Positions 37,827-49,378 of a stretch of DNA of 64,000 nucleotides are shown piece by piece. The DNA comes from Podarcis cretensis. Taxonomy: Eukaryota. The DNA lies in contig OX638149.1 in assembly GCA_951804945.1 (NCBI GenBank), positions 100,068,001 through 100,132,000 of the forward strand, in the 5' to 3' direction. Position 1 is the stretch's first letter. Each line of letters starts with the position of its first letter. A model generated the notes under the pieces. That model was not told the origin of the DNA. It made no database searches and worked only from the letters and a program-made list of their open reading frames with translations. A program made the translations under genes and the position numbers.

Positions 37827-39697
37827 TATAGAATATGACTGTAAGTCCCTCATTCATTGGAACTTGAGCCTGGATTATTTCAGAGGGGAGGGAGTTCCAC
37901 AAGTTGAGCACCACTACAGAAAAGACCTTCCCTAGGTTGGTGCATAATGCACCTCAGCCAGCAGCGGCAAAATCAGTCTCAAGAAATGGGCATGTCTGTG
38001 TCAAAGCAGGTTTTCCTTTGCATGTGCACAACCCAAATTGTTTAGACCTTTCGATGCTAACATTGTGGGTGTCTGCCCCAAAGTCCTGCTCATAATGCCC
38101 TACTGCCGTTGACCTGAGGCTGAGAAACCCTAAGGATTTGTGAAGCATGGCGTTCAAACACGGTGTGAATCCATTTCAATTCACTGTCAAATAACCCAAA
38201 CAAGACTACTTCGGGACGATTGTTCAAAACCTAGGTCATCTAACAGAAGGCCCTCTCTGTGCAATGCTTCCACATTTTTTTTAATTGTTTTGACCACAAC
38301 CCATAATGTTGCTTCTTCAGTGATGGGTGTGAGGTTTGTGATCATGCCTTTTAATCTTCTCATGCTTAAATGCACAAGGATTTATGTTAGCACTTCAGGT
38401 GGAGAAAGAAGGATTCTTGTATCACTGGGTATTTGTGCTTCCCTGCAGTACAGATCAAACTGAGGGTTTAGAAACTGTTGGTTTAATGTTACAAAGACAC
38501 AGTTTCTCACTAGAAATGGCTCATTTGTCAGCAGGTTAAATTCCAGAGGGCTTTGCTTCATGTTTTGTTTTACTTTTTAGAAATGAATCTCACGTGAGCA
38601 TTTACCATTTCTGACAGCTGCTGAATGCTCCCTTCTGTGGATTTTCTCGGCATAAAAGAATCATTTGTTGTTGTTTCAAGTATCTCTTGTGGTCAGGGAC
38701 ATTTCTACGACTACTCTGCTCGTGCTTACTGTTTGCATTCTTCCCCTTGCATTATCCCTAAATGAATACCTACTGCTTCTAACCTCTACCTAATGCCTCT
38801 AGCCCTCTACATTTGTTAAGTGTTTGATGGTTTGTTTGCCAGACACTCATATTTGCCATTTATAGCTTTAACAAAAGATAGAGAATGGTGTTACTCCTCA
38901 TCGTGATGATGCTATATTTCCTAATTTTCTGACAATAAAAAGCTATCAAAGCAAAAGAAAACACCCACGATTGATGCAAAGATATTGATGGTACTCAAAG
39001 ATGCTTAGAGATTAATGAGTTATTATGCCTCGTGGCTCTGGCAGGGGCCTTTCTCTTGCTTGTTTGCCGAGACACAAACGATTGAATTGGGGACCTTGTG
39101 TGTGCTATGTTTCTCTCCACAAAGGTGGTGCTGGTAGCCTGTTTTCCCCCTCACTGAGCTTTTATGTGCAGTGCTCTCTCTCTCTCTCTCTTATACACAA
39201 GACTACTGGAAGAATTAATCCAGTGTTTTCAAGTGGGTTGCTGGCAGCTTGCCATTGTCACTTTGACTCTATTTCTCCTTTCCATCTGAATAAGGTATGG
39301 TGGTTTTACCTTTGAATGGGTGTTTCGGATCAGTTTCGGCTGAAACTTAATCCAGACGAGAAGGAATTTTTCATGATGGGTGGTCTTAAAGTACAGGAGC
39401 CTCCTCATTTACGGGGGGGGGGGTACATTCCCAGGTACCATGAGTATACATGAATTGCGTATAGTGGGAAGCAACATCTTAAAAGCCTGTAAACGCCTTC
39501 TAAACCTTTGGAAACTGTTGAAACCGCCATTCCCAAACTCCAACTCTCTACAGGCCTTAAAGGTAAGTGCAAAGGCTCTTGAGATTGCAGTTGCCATTTT
39601 CCCACTCTTTTCTGTCCGTTTTTGCATCTTTTTGCAGTTTAAATCAATTGTACTTAATTACCGGTATTTCCCGGTGCCGTGTGTATACATGGTTGTG

Positions 39698-39953
39698 CAT
39701 CAGTGTGGTGTAGTGGTTAAGAGCAGTGGACTCGTAATCTGGTGAACCGGGTTCGCTTCCCCGCTCCTCCACATGCAACTGCTGGGTGACTTTGGGCTAG
39801 TCACACTTCTCCGTGAAGTCTCATCCTCACTCACCTCACAGAGTGTTTGTTGTGGGGGAGGAAGGGAAAAGGAGATTGTTAGCCGATTTGAGACTCCTTA
39901 GGGTAGTGATAAAGCGGGATATCAAATCCAAACTCCTCTTCTTCATCATCATC
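39698..39953 (+). mobile_element. MIR/Ther1-derived SINE (Squam3-like), young
   Basis: A box TGGTGTAGTGG, B-box-like GGTTCGCTTCC, CORE gggtgactttgggctagtcac...cacctcacagagtgtttgttgtggggga, (CTT/CAT)n tail. Confidence 0.85.
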
Positions 39954-41211
39954 AGTCGAACACGCATGGGTGTGGGTGTGCATGACATCATGATGTCACA
40001 CGCACTACACACCCATAACCTGGGGACCAAGTCGGCTCTCCTGATAGCAGCTATTTTATGATTGGCATCCCCAGGACTCCCTCAAAGTTCAAAATGTGCC
40101 CACTATCTCAAAAATGTTGGCGACTTTTGCATTAGGGCAGTTAGGGCACTGTGCCATCAACTTCAGCCTTCCCACTCCACCACTTTCTGCTCTCTTACTG
40201 ACAGGTCAGGGTGACAATGCCTGCCATTACCTCTGGCCCCATTTATGGTTGGTCTCCGTGCATTCTACCCCACCAGTCTCAATGTGCACCAATACACCAC
40301 TGAAATGTAGTATGATAAACTCTAGGTTCTCATAATCTCTGAAATAATAACACAAAAAGTCTGACTAGCTAGAGGGCAAAGCAAACAAGACACTTCCTAT
40401 GGTGAATGGAGAGATTTCATTATGTATATAAACTGCAAATACCGAGACAGGCGAGTTGCATCAAAATATCTGAGTTTGTGGAAGACTTGGGGGGGAAAAG
40501 CCTTTTCTTGAATAAAAAGCAAGTCATCTGCATTTAAATATGTATTTCTAATGCATTTTATCTCAAAGTGCACATGCCTAAACTTCTGCATTAAAAGCAC
40601 CTTTTGAGATAAAATATTTTGTAACTGTTTTGAGCCTGAGGACTATGTCAGAACATTTTGGAAATGCAAGAGCTGGTGGATAGCTGTGTCCTGATCCACA
40701 GATTAAGATGGGGAATGTGGATCAGGCTAGTTCATATCACAATTTGCAAAGACGGAATCCCTCAAATATCCATACTGGGAGCAAGTGCTCCCTCGGACAT
40801 ACTGGGCCCAGGTTAAATAGTGCTTTAAGCAAGAAGAATCAGCATCTTGAAAACAGCACTGAAACCAACTGGAGGCATTCCTGCAGTCTGGCTGTTACAT
40901 TCTGGGCAAACTGTTTACAAATAACCCTCATGAGAAGCCTCACGTGCAGTAGCACATGACATCAATCCAGCGGTGCAGATGTACAGTATCTTTTCCCAAC
41001 AGCAGGCTATATAACCAGGAAACCTATTATTTGAATGCAGTAAGCACCCTGGTGGTTTGCTCCATTAGTTGTTTGCTTGAAATGAAGGAACGAACTTGTT
41101 GACACAGAGGCAACGTGTGTTTGAACATTGTAGTTCAAAAAATGTGTGTTCCCCCATTGGGTAACCATGCAAATACAAATCCTGGAGCATGGATGCAGAT
41201 TTTTGTGCAGA

Positions 41212-41212
41212 T

Positions 41213-41271
<59 letters not shown>
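41212..41271. repeat. (TTTC)n microsatellite
   Basis: Direct reading. Confidence 0.97.
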
Positions 41272-42485
41272 GAAAGGACATAATAACCAAACACATGCAT
41301 AAGTGATGCAGACCAGAAACTACAGGTCTCAGGATTTTGGGGGGTGGCATTGGTGAAATCTACTTTAAAGGTAATGGTGTGCTATACATCAATGCTTCTG
41401 AATATACAGAGACTACAAAGGCACCATGGCTCTCCAGTAATTTCTTCCTACGAGAAAACTGATCCTGGATGTTTCTATTACTTGAAAATGAGAGGCTGTA
41501 TTTATATTGTGAAGAAACCAAGGGAAAGCATGCAGACTGGTGATTGACAGGAGTTTTTAGATTAGGACAGGATGCAGACTTGGGAGCTGAAGGCCTATAT
41601 GTCTTTGTGAATCACTTCAATGCCAGCCCATAATTATGGCTTTTTGAAGCCACTGTTTCTTTTGGTTTTTAATAAATGTAAGCACATTCTTGTTCACTCT
41701 CTGCAGCTATTTCTGGTAATGGATCATGGATTTATGGAGAAAAACTGCTCATTACAGCCTTTTAAAGGATCTAATTAATTGCTAATTACCAAGCACTATT
41801 TAGTGGGAAGATCTGGAGCTTTCTACTCTGTTTAAACTACGGAAGTGGAAATTTGGTGGCGCAATGAGGCATCATAGATTAGTTTGCTGCTGTGTTTAAC
41901 AGCGAATGTCAAGAGGCACTGAGAACCCATCAGAATAAATTCTATATGTTTGTTATAGTTTCTTTTAAAAACAGAATAGAAAAGATTTGGGTTTTTTGTG
42001 GGGGCGAGAAGGAATAAGTTGAACATACGTATGCATTTTGCATTTTGGCTTCAGCGCTATCAGCCTGTCCATGTGTCAGGAGTTGGAGTCCATGATACGA
42101 TGTCTGTCTGACGTGGACACACACAACCAGATTTTGGCTATTTTTATATTATAAATTCTTCTTTGATGAGTCTTATTTTTATGTTCACTATGGCCTTGTT
42201 TATATTGGGGTGGGGAATGATATGTAGGAGTTGTTCCTTTGTGATTGTGTTGTACTCCCACTGAGAGGAAAATTTGAGAAAGTGAGCATCTGTAAGGGGG
42301 CTAGACATGTGGATATGGTGACTTGTGTAGTCACAGCAACCCTTCTCTGCAAATTACTGTGGCTGCCCATATACATTGTTTGCACGTGTGCTAATTATAA
42401 TCACAAATCTTGCCTCTGAAACAAAAAGAGCGAGGACAAAGGAGGCCTCTCAGGCAAAGCCAACCGTGAAATAAAAAAGTTAATA

Positions 42486-42631
42486 ATAGAATAATAGAGT
42501 GGCAGGGTTGGAAGGGACCCTAAGGAGCATCTAGTCCAACCCCCTGCAATACGGGAACATGTGGCCCTCTCATTGATTGAACCTGCAATCTTGGCATATG
42601 ATCACCAAGTTCTAACCAACTGAGCTATCCA
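42486..42631 (-). mobile_element. tRNA(Ile)-derived SINE with CR1 tail
   Basis: Reverse complement tggatagctcagttggttagaac...gccaagattgcaggttcaatc...tgcagggggttggactagatg..gggtcccttccaac is homologous to 27797. Confidence 0.85.
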
Positions 42632-42736
42632 TAGTATAGAACAGTTCGGTTGACTTCCACAGTCTTCAATAAGCAGAAATGCAGATTCACACACTATGTA
42701 ACTGCTGTGGTACATATTCAGTAGGAGATGTTCAGT

Positions 42737-43193
42737 AGGGAGGTGATTAATGCCTCCTTGAAGGAGGCGGTGGAAAAACCACTCCTCAAGAAAACCTGGA
42801 TTTGGAAATTTTAAATAATTACTGGCCGGTTGCCAATGTCTCCTTCTTGGGCAAGGTTTCGGAGTGGGTGTCCGCAGACCAGATCAGGCTCTGTTGAAGG
42901 AAACTGATTTTCTGGATCCATTTCAGTCTGGGTTTTGGCCCGGATGTTGCTCTGTCAGGAGAGAGACAGAGGAAATGTGTCCTTAATAATTCTCCTCAAC
43001 CTCTTGGTGGCTTTCAATACCATTGACCATGGTATCCTTCTGGAAGGGCTGTCCAAGTTGGGAGTGGGCAGCCCCACTTTGCGTTGGTTCCTGTACCACT
43101 TGGATGGTCATTTGCAGAGGGTGATGCTCTGGTTGTCAATTAGTTCCCGGGCCCAATTCAAAGTGCTATTTTTTTTACCTGTAAAGCCTTAAA
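42737..43193 (+). mobile_element. L2 RT fragment with internal deletions
   Basis: Motifs KPLLKK, NYWPVANVSFLGK, LDPFQSGF and LVAFNTIDHGILL, fused to post-RT WLSISSRAQFKVL..KAL; frameshifted. Confidence 0.85.
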
Positions 43194-45185
43194 ACGCCAT
43201 CTCATGATGGTCTCTATCTTAAATCTATCTCATGATGGTCTGTTAGTGGTTAAACAATCCAATGCTTGGTGAATTTTGCTTCACAATGGTGGAAAGAGCT
43301 GACTTTGAAAGGATTAGAAAGCGAGGTCTTAATGATGCAGCAATTTTAGCTATTCATTTTATTTGTTATTCCTGTTTAAAAATTGTTTTCTTAAACCTTT
43401 CAGAAATGAGTTTTACATTGTGACTATATAATTTCTTTATAAATTTGTTCTAATTCATTCAACACATTAAAAAAACTTTTTTATGTATAAATTGACATTA
43501 ATTCTGCATGTGCCTCTAGGCCATTTTTACTTTTCAAATGAGTTTTTGTATATATTTCCCATTTTCCTGCTTATAATTGAAGATGCTAGAAGGTATATAT
43601 GAAGAAGCTGAGAGAAAATTTGATTAATATATGTTAGCCTTTAAGAGAGGGTAATTTTCTTTTTGTATGCAGAAGTACTAAATGCAACTTCTTTTCATGG
43701 TAGAATAATAAGTAAATGTACCTTTCATCATTTCTATGTTTGCCTGCATTTCTTTTATTTTTAGTGTTTAACTCACCTCAAATATCTCTAATGCTAAACA
43801 ACAGCAAATCACAATCAAAGTTGTGGGAGGCAAGGGTTTCTTATCTTCTTAATTTGATGCCATCCTGTTCTGACATACTGACAGTGGAGAACTATCTGTG
43901 TCTATTCGGAAGTAAATCCCTTTGAGTCCATTGGTGCTTACTCCCAGGCAACTCAGTATAGGATTGCATCTTGGGGTTATGCAAATTATTTCCTTCAGAT
44001 TCTCTGTATATCGGATCTTTTGATCAATCTGTTATCAGAAGCTTATACAGTTCAAATACCTGGACATCTAGAAAATGTACTGTGAGGATATACCTACAAT
44101 GGAGACTTTAGGCGGTTTAACAAAGCCCTGAAAACCCTAGGAACTGTGTGTATGTATGTGTGGCTATCATGTTAATCAGACAAAATTTCCCAGCATTCTT
44201 TAAGAGAAGCCATGAAAGCTGTGGTATAGATGTTCTTTGGCTGAGGACCACTTTCCAACCAAAGTATGCACACATTCTCTGCAGACATTTCAGGAAAACT
44301 CAGACAGAGTTTTCCTGAAATTTTGGCATAAGTGAAATCTGAAAAGAATCTGGGCAAAACCTGAGGAAGGCTAAAGAGTTTTGATATGTGTTTTGTGGAA
44401 GACAGCCACGTGTCACTTGGGGAAAAGAATTTGATAGTTTGTTTCTTCTGATGTAATGCAGGTGTTGGCTACTTAAATGGTTTTAATGGGTCTGTACAGC
44501 TCTTTGGCATGGGTGTTAATGCTCAGCTCAAGGCCAGATAGAGAGGTCAGAAGGGGCATATTTGACCCCCTAGGCCTCATATTTCCTACCCTGACCCTCC
44601 TGGGTCAAAGGAAGAGAGTCAAAGAGGTCCAAAAGCTGGGTAGTGTTTAAGAAGGTAGTGCACAGATAATTTATTATGTTGGAATGTAAGAGAGTCTTCA
44701 ACTGTTTTCTAGATTTCTCATGGGTTTACTTTTGGGCTTTGTATGCTAACAGACGGCAGTTTTATATCTAACCTGGTGGAAATATTACCTAGGTGGGTGT
44801 ATTGCATGAATATAGGTTTAATCAATCCACTGGGCTCACTCTGCATCCAATAGAAAACTAATCCTCAGTGATGACAAAAACAAAACAATACCCCTTTCCC
44901 TTTTGCTTTCACATTTTGTCCTGGATCCCTCTCAATTTGCGCTCATGACTATTCTGCATTTCTTCCCTCTTCCTTATTAGTAAATGTGACCAGGCCTCCA
45001 TGAAAGAGCTGCCAAGAGATAATTATTCAGCAAAGATGGATGACCTACCTACTTCAGTAGATGCACATCAGGGGGAAACTTGGACAGACTTGAATAAAAG
45101 CTGAGTCAAAGCCAGCAGAATTCCAGTCTAAGCTCTTAAGATACTGTATTTTAAATGTGGTCTGAAATAAACAGATAGTGGTTTT

Positions 45186-45322
45186 ATAGAATCATAGAGC
45201 TTGAAGGGACCATGAGGGGCATCTAGTCCAACCCCCTGCAATGCAGGAAACATTTGCTCAAGGTGGGGCTTGAACCTACAACCCTGAAATTAAAAAGTCT
45301 CATGCTCTGCCAACTGAGCGAT
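45186..45322 (-). mobile_element. tRNA(Lys)-derived SINE with CR1 tail
   Basis: Reverse complement gctcagttggcagagcatgagactttttaatttcagggttgtaggttcaagccccaccttgagc matches tRNA-Lys(CTT); tail ttcctgcattgcagggggttggactagatg..ggtcccttcaagctctatgattctat. Confidence 0.85.
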
Positions 45323-45739
45323 GTCTTATTATTTATCGCAAAACTGGTAGAAACAGGATCTATCAATTGCAAGGTTCAGACACAACCCCCACCACACCCC
45401 ATTCTACAGGTGTGTGTATTTAAAAATAAATAGATATATAGGGTTTTTTAAAAGAAGTTTTCCCCACAAATTGTGAAAACCGTGCAGAAGACAGCGCTGA
45501 AATGCAAGAAGCCTGGACTGGGTGTGTCTTGCTGGGCATAATTCCTTGCTTGCAGCTGTTTGTTCTGGTCTGTAGTTGCATTGTGTTTCCCCATTTTCTG
45601 TTAGTGAAGGATGGTGAATTTGAGAAACGGGGGTTTCTAAAGAGACAGAAATCATTTTACACATCAAGCCAGTTATTCCCTTCATAGATGCAAACTTTAA
45701 CAAATTCTTTAAGATTTCCTTTCCTTTCCTTTTTTTTAG

Positions 45740-46577
45740 GTCATTGGGGACGATGTATAGGTGATTGTGGTTCGGGCGGTGTTCAGAGCCGAGTAGTCTG
45801 GTGTGTTCATTCTGAAGGGTGGACAACCCATCATTCAAATTGTGAACAAAGTGACAGACCTGAAAGCCAGAGGAGCTGTTTTAAAATATGTGACTGGCAT
45901 CTTGAACTCTTTGAGTGGGAAGTTTCAGAATGGCACCTGTGTGTTCTTGTTCCTTTTGCCCTTGGTGAAGTCAGACCAAGAACTTCGGCATGTGTAACTG
46001 CCCAGCATGGATTACAACACAGAAAAGTACAATGTATACAGAAGTTGAACAGAACAGTAGTTGCAAATGAGATATGTGAATATTTTACCCCTCAGCCACC
46101 TATGGAACAAGCTTGCCTAATACCTTGCCCACGGGATTGTGTAGTGTCTGAGTTTTCCTCCTGGTCTGTATGTGGCAGACACTGTGGAAAGAGTTTACAA
46201 CACAGAACCCGTTCTGTTATTGCGCCGCCACTCTATGGCGGAGCCAAATGCCCAAATCTAACTGAATCGAGGGTTTGCGATGTTTGGATGTCTTGTCCTC
46301 ATGGGGAAGAGGAATATACGTACAGTCTTAAAGTTGGACCCTGGAGTAAGTGTCGGATGCCTCACCTTAAGGAAATGAATATGATTGGGAGAACTATGCT
46401 GGATTTTGGTTCCGAATCAACAGAACGAAGCACCTTCAAACTTCAAGTGGTGGAGAATTTCCAGAATTTTCATAGATCTAGGTCACACTACAGTTCCAAG
46501 CCTTGGGATATAGAAATTGGTTATCAAACAAGGCAGGTGAGGTGTACGAGAAGTGATGGGAAGAATGCTATGCTGAG
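45740..46577 (+). CDS. THSD7B: THSD7B internal coding exon (equivalent to human exon 3), TSP1 repeats, 838 nt, phase 1 to phase 2
   Basis: Inside ORF 45688-46581. Acceptor ttcctttccttttttttag|GT, donor CTGAG|gtaaga. Translation (G)HWGRCIGDCGSGGVQSRVVWC...CLIPCPRDCVVSEFSSWSVC...EIGYQTRQVRCTRSDGKNAML(S) closely matches recalled human THSD7B (GPWGRCTGDCGPGGVQSRAVWC...TAQHGLQHR...LNRTVVANEICE), and lacks the THSD7A polybasic loop. Confidence 0.96.
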
Positions 46578-46946
46578 GTAAGAGATCAACTTCATTCCTA
46601 AGAGATGTATGCTTTAAAGGCTGCTAAACATATCTACTTCTCTAGTTTTGAATGTGCATTTTGCCATGTACAGTGTTTTGGTTTCATTCACATGTAGTCT
46701 CGTTTAGCACTAAAGTTTCATATGTTGAAGAGACAGTTTTGGTAGTGATGTATACATATAAACTACAATTTAAATGAGGTTTTGTTTTGCTGATTTTCAA
46801 CCAGCATTCAAGTTTTCTTCCATCAAAGGGAGCAGATAGTTATTTGTTTCCAGAGCTTCCATGGCTATTGAGAGCCAGTTCAGAGATATGTAAGTCATCC
46901 AAAGCCTGGAAGAAACATCTTTGTGGATGAAATAATTTCAGCCCAG

Positions 46947-47115
46947 CATAGGAGCCAACGCCTAGGGGCTGAGGGGTCTTCACCACCTCCAATAAAATAT
47001 TTGAGAGGGCCTGCCATTCATATGGTGTGTGAACATCACGTCATGTGATCGACTATACAGGGCAGGGCTTACCTACCCCCCCCCCACCATATTTTATTCA
47101 AGTTGGCACATCTTA
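46947..47115. mobile_element. Decayed hAT-like MITE
   Basis: cataggagccaac ... gttggcacatctta imperfect TIRs, and inner aataaaatat / atattttatt inverted repeat. Confidence 0.5.
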
Positions 47116-48798
47116 AACCTAGTTAATGGCTCCCACTTTCAGTGTCAATTCACAGGCGCAGAATAGCTGCAACACATGCTGTTGTACTCATACATACTGC
47201 TGGGAATAAACTGCTACTTTCCGAGATGTTCTGTGTTCGGCACTCTTCCTTTCATGCTACTGAATCTCTGGTCAGACCAATCCATGAGAATAATTTGTAG
47301 TTTGCTGAGCTAAGTTTTTGAAGTAATTGTGCTCATAAGTTTCTCAGGCTGTTCCCAGTGTTTTCTCATAATCTGTAGTTCTCAATGGGTTGGTCATTGC
47401 ATGTGAGGTGCATGTATTTTATTAATGTACAACCACCGAAATAGCCTTTTAAGGACCTGCTGTTTATTATGCTATATCTTTTAAGGGGGCATTGGTTAGG
47501 CGAAAAGTTGATATTTTTAATTGGTTAGAGAAAGAGTACTTGGGTTCAAAGATATAGCTTGTCTTAATCTTGTTTGCACCAGTTGCACCAAGAGTTTCGG
47601 TAGTTGGCTTCAATATATACCAGTTAAACTTGCAACATGGTTCACAGATGGAAAAGAAACTGTTAAAATAGCTTCACCAGTTTACATTTTTTAAATTGGC
47701 GAGAAGTGCTAATGATACCATTTTCCTTTACCACATTGGGAGCAGGAATGTGGAAAGTTGTTTCTTTGGATCAGATATGGATGGTAGTAGTGTCATTTTT
47801 CTACTGGGGATTGGCATTCTCAGTGCAGTCCCTGGTAGAAAAAGACACTCCACTTGGGTTCTGTCCATGTCCACCCCTGATTCTGCCTCCTTTGCGTGAT
47901 CCAGGGTCAGTTACCAGGCCTTGAAGCAATGGAATGGGAGGTAGCAGCAGTGGTGAGATTTGCTATACTGAGCTCAGCTGGGACCTGTCCATCCCATTTG
48001 CCTTGATACTAAGCTGCAAGCACTCAAACAGGGGCAATCACTTTTGTGGTCACCTCTGTTGGTATGTTCATGCCACCTAGTAATAGTACCCCTCCTAATA
48101 ATGTATCCAAATAAAATACCTGAAAGATCCTATTCAGATTTTCACACGGACCAAATATCAATTAAATTAGTTTTCCATCTGCAAAGCAGAAACAACCCTT
48201 TAGTACCTTTGCAATTTTATGCTACATTTAGTGTAATTAACCTCACATTATGGGTAATTAAACACCGTGATCCTGTTTTAAAAATGTAGCATCGTGAGAC
48301 ATTATGAAGAAAGGGGGCGTTTCAGCTTGTCTCTCATTTCATGAAATTTATGATTTAGATTTTTATTTATTTATTTATTTGGGGAATAAACACATTAGTG
48401 GAGGTGTCTTCTATATGGCATTTGCATGCAGCTTTTGCCTAGGTTGTTTAAAGTTTCCAAGCAGTGCCTTGGCTTTGCCATGCAAACAGTTGCAAATAGT
48501 GTCCCTGAAGTTGAGAGTGGAAGGGGAATGCTAGCACCCTTGCAAGCTAGCTGTGGACTTACATAATTTTAAAGAAACATGAATTTTAACCAGACATGGA
48601 GCTGTTGCTTTTGCCATGACCCTGGAATTTCTTGGGTTTCTCTCTTCCCAATGGAGGCTTGGTAGAATGTAACTTGCAGATCTGGCTATTACGGAATGCT
48701 TCATAGTCTTCCTGCTTCTGTTTAATCACAGACCAGGTATAAGAGAGAATGCTTCAGGGTTGTTGTGGTGTTGTTAACAAAATACTTTCTTATCACAG

Positions 48799-49050
48799 CC
48801 TTTGTGTGCAAGAAACCATCCCTTTGACCTTTCAGTCCTGTGTTATGCCTAAAGACTGTGAAACATCAGATTGGTCTTCATGGAGCTCCTGTTCAAAGAC
48901 TTGTCACTCAGGGGATCTCTCACCAGGATACCGAATTAGAACTCGGAGCATAAAGCATGTTGCTGTAGGAGCCGGCCGAGAATGTCCTGAAACAGAAGAA
49001 AGGGAAGCCTGCAATGTTGGAGGAGGTGATCGTGCTCATCCATGCCCAAG
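48799..49050 (+). CDS. THSD7B: THSD7B internal coding exon (human exon 4 equivalent), 252 nt, phase 2 to phase 2
   Basis: Acceptor tttcttatcacag|C, donor CCAAG|gtagat. AG+C=Ser joins the previous exon. LCVQETIPLTFQSCVMPKDCETSDWSSWSSCSKTCHSGDLSPGYRIRTR...CPR carries the TSP1 WxxWxxCSxTC motif. Confidence 0.95.
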
Positions 49051-49059
49051 GTAGATTCC

Positions 49060-49195
49060 ATAATAATAATTAATAATAATAATAATTAATAATAATAAAT
49101 ATATTTATACCCCGCCCATCTGGCTGGGTTTCCCCAGCCACTCTTGGCGGCTTCCAACAAAATATTAAAATACAGTGGTCTGTTAAACATCCTTG
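49060..49195 (-). mobile_element. L2 3' end with (TAA)n tail, antisense, immediately after the exon 4 donor
   Basis: Reverse complement tgttggaagccgccaagagtggctggggaaacccagccagatgggcggggtataaata matches 30817-30873. Confidence 0.88.
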
Positions 49196-49378
49196 CCTTC
49201 CTTTTTCCTTTCTTCAAAGAGAGTCTGAACCTCAAATACATTGGATGGTTTAGTAACTTTTGTTCATGTGGTACCACTTGCTTGGCCTGTGGCCCAGTGA
49301 GCACAGAGTGAGGGCATGCCTCAGTGCAGATTTGTCTGTACATCTGTGTTTAGGTCTGCACATGTGCATGCATGTGCA

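Noticed and set aside
45688-45739. ATG and MQTLTNSLRFPFLSFFL as the THSD7B start or signal peptide
   Set aside because: This is the polypyrimidine tract of the acceptor at 45739/45740; homology starts at G-H-W and the true signal-peptide exon should lie upstream.
1-45739. THSD7B first coding exon (recalled human ...LLLSLLL...DNQFIWKP|G)
   Set aside because: I could not find a matching frame ending in a phase-1 donor by eye. It is probably upstream of the window; tblastn would settle it.
45404-45838. 144-aa antisense ORF overlapping exon 3
   Set aside because: No recognisable domain or splice context; expected by chance.
46447-46475. GT...AG segment inside exon 3 as a micro-intron or exitron
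   Set aside because: Only 29 nt, too short for vertebrate splicing, and removing it would shift the frame.
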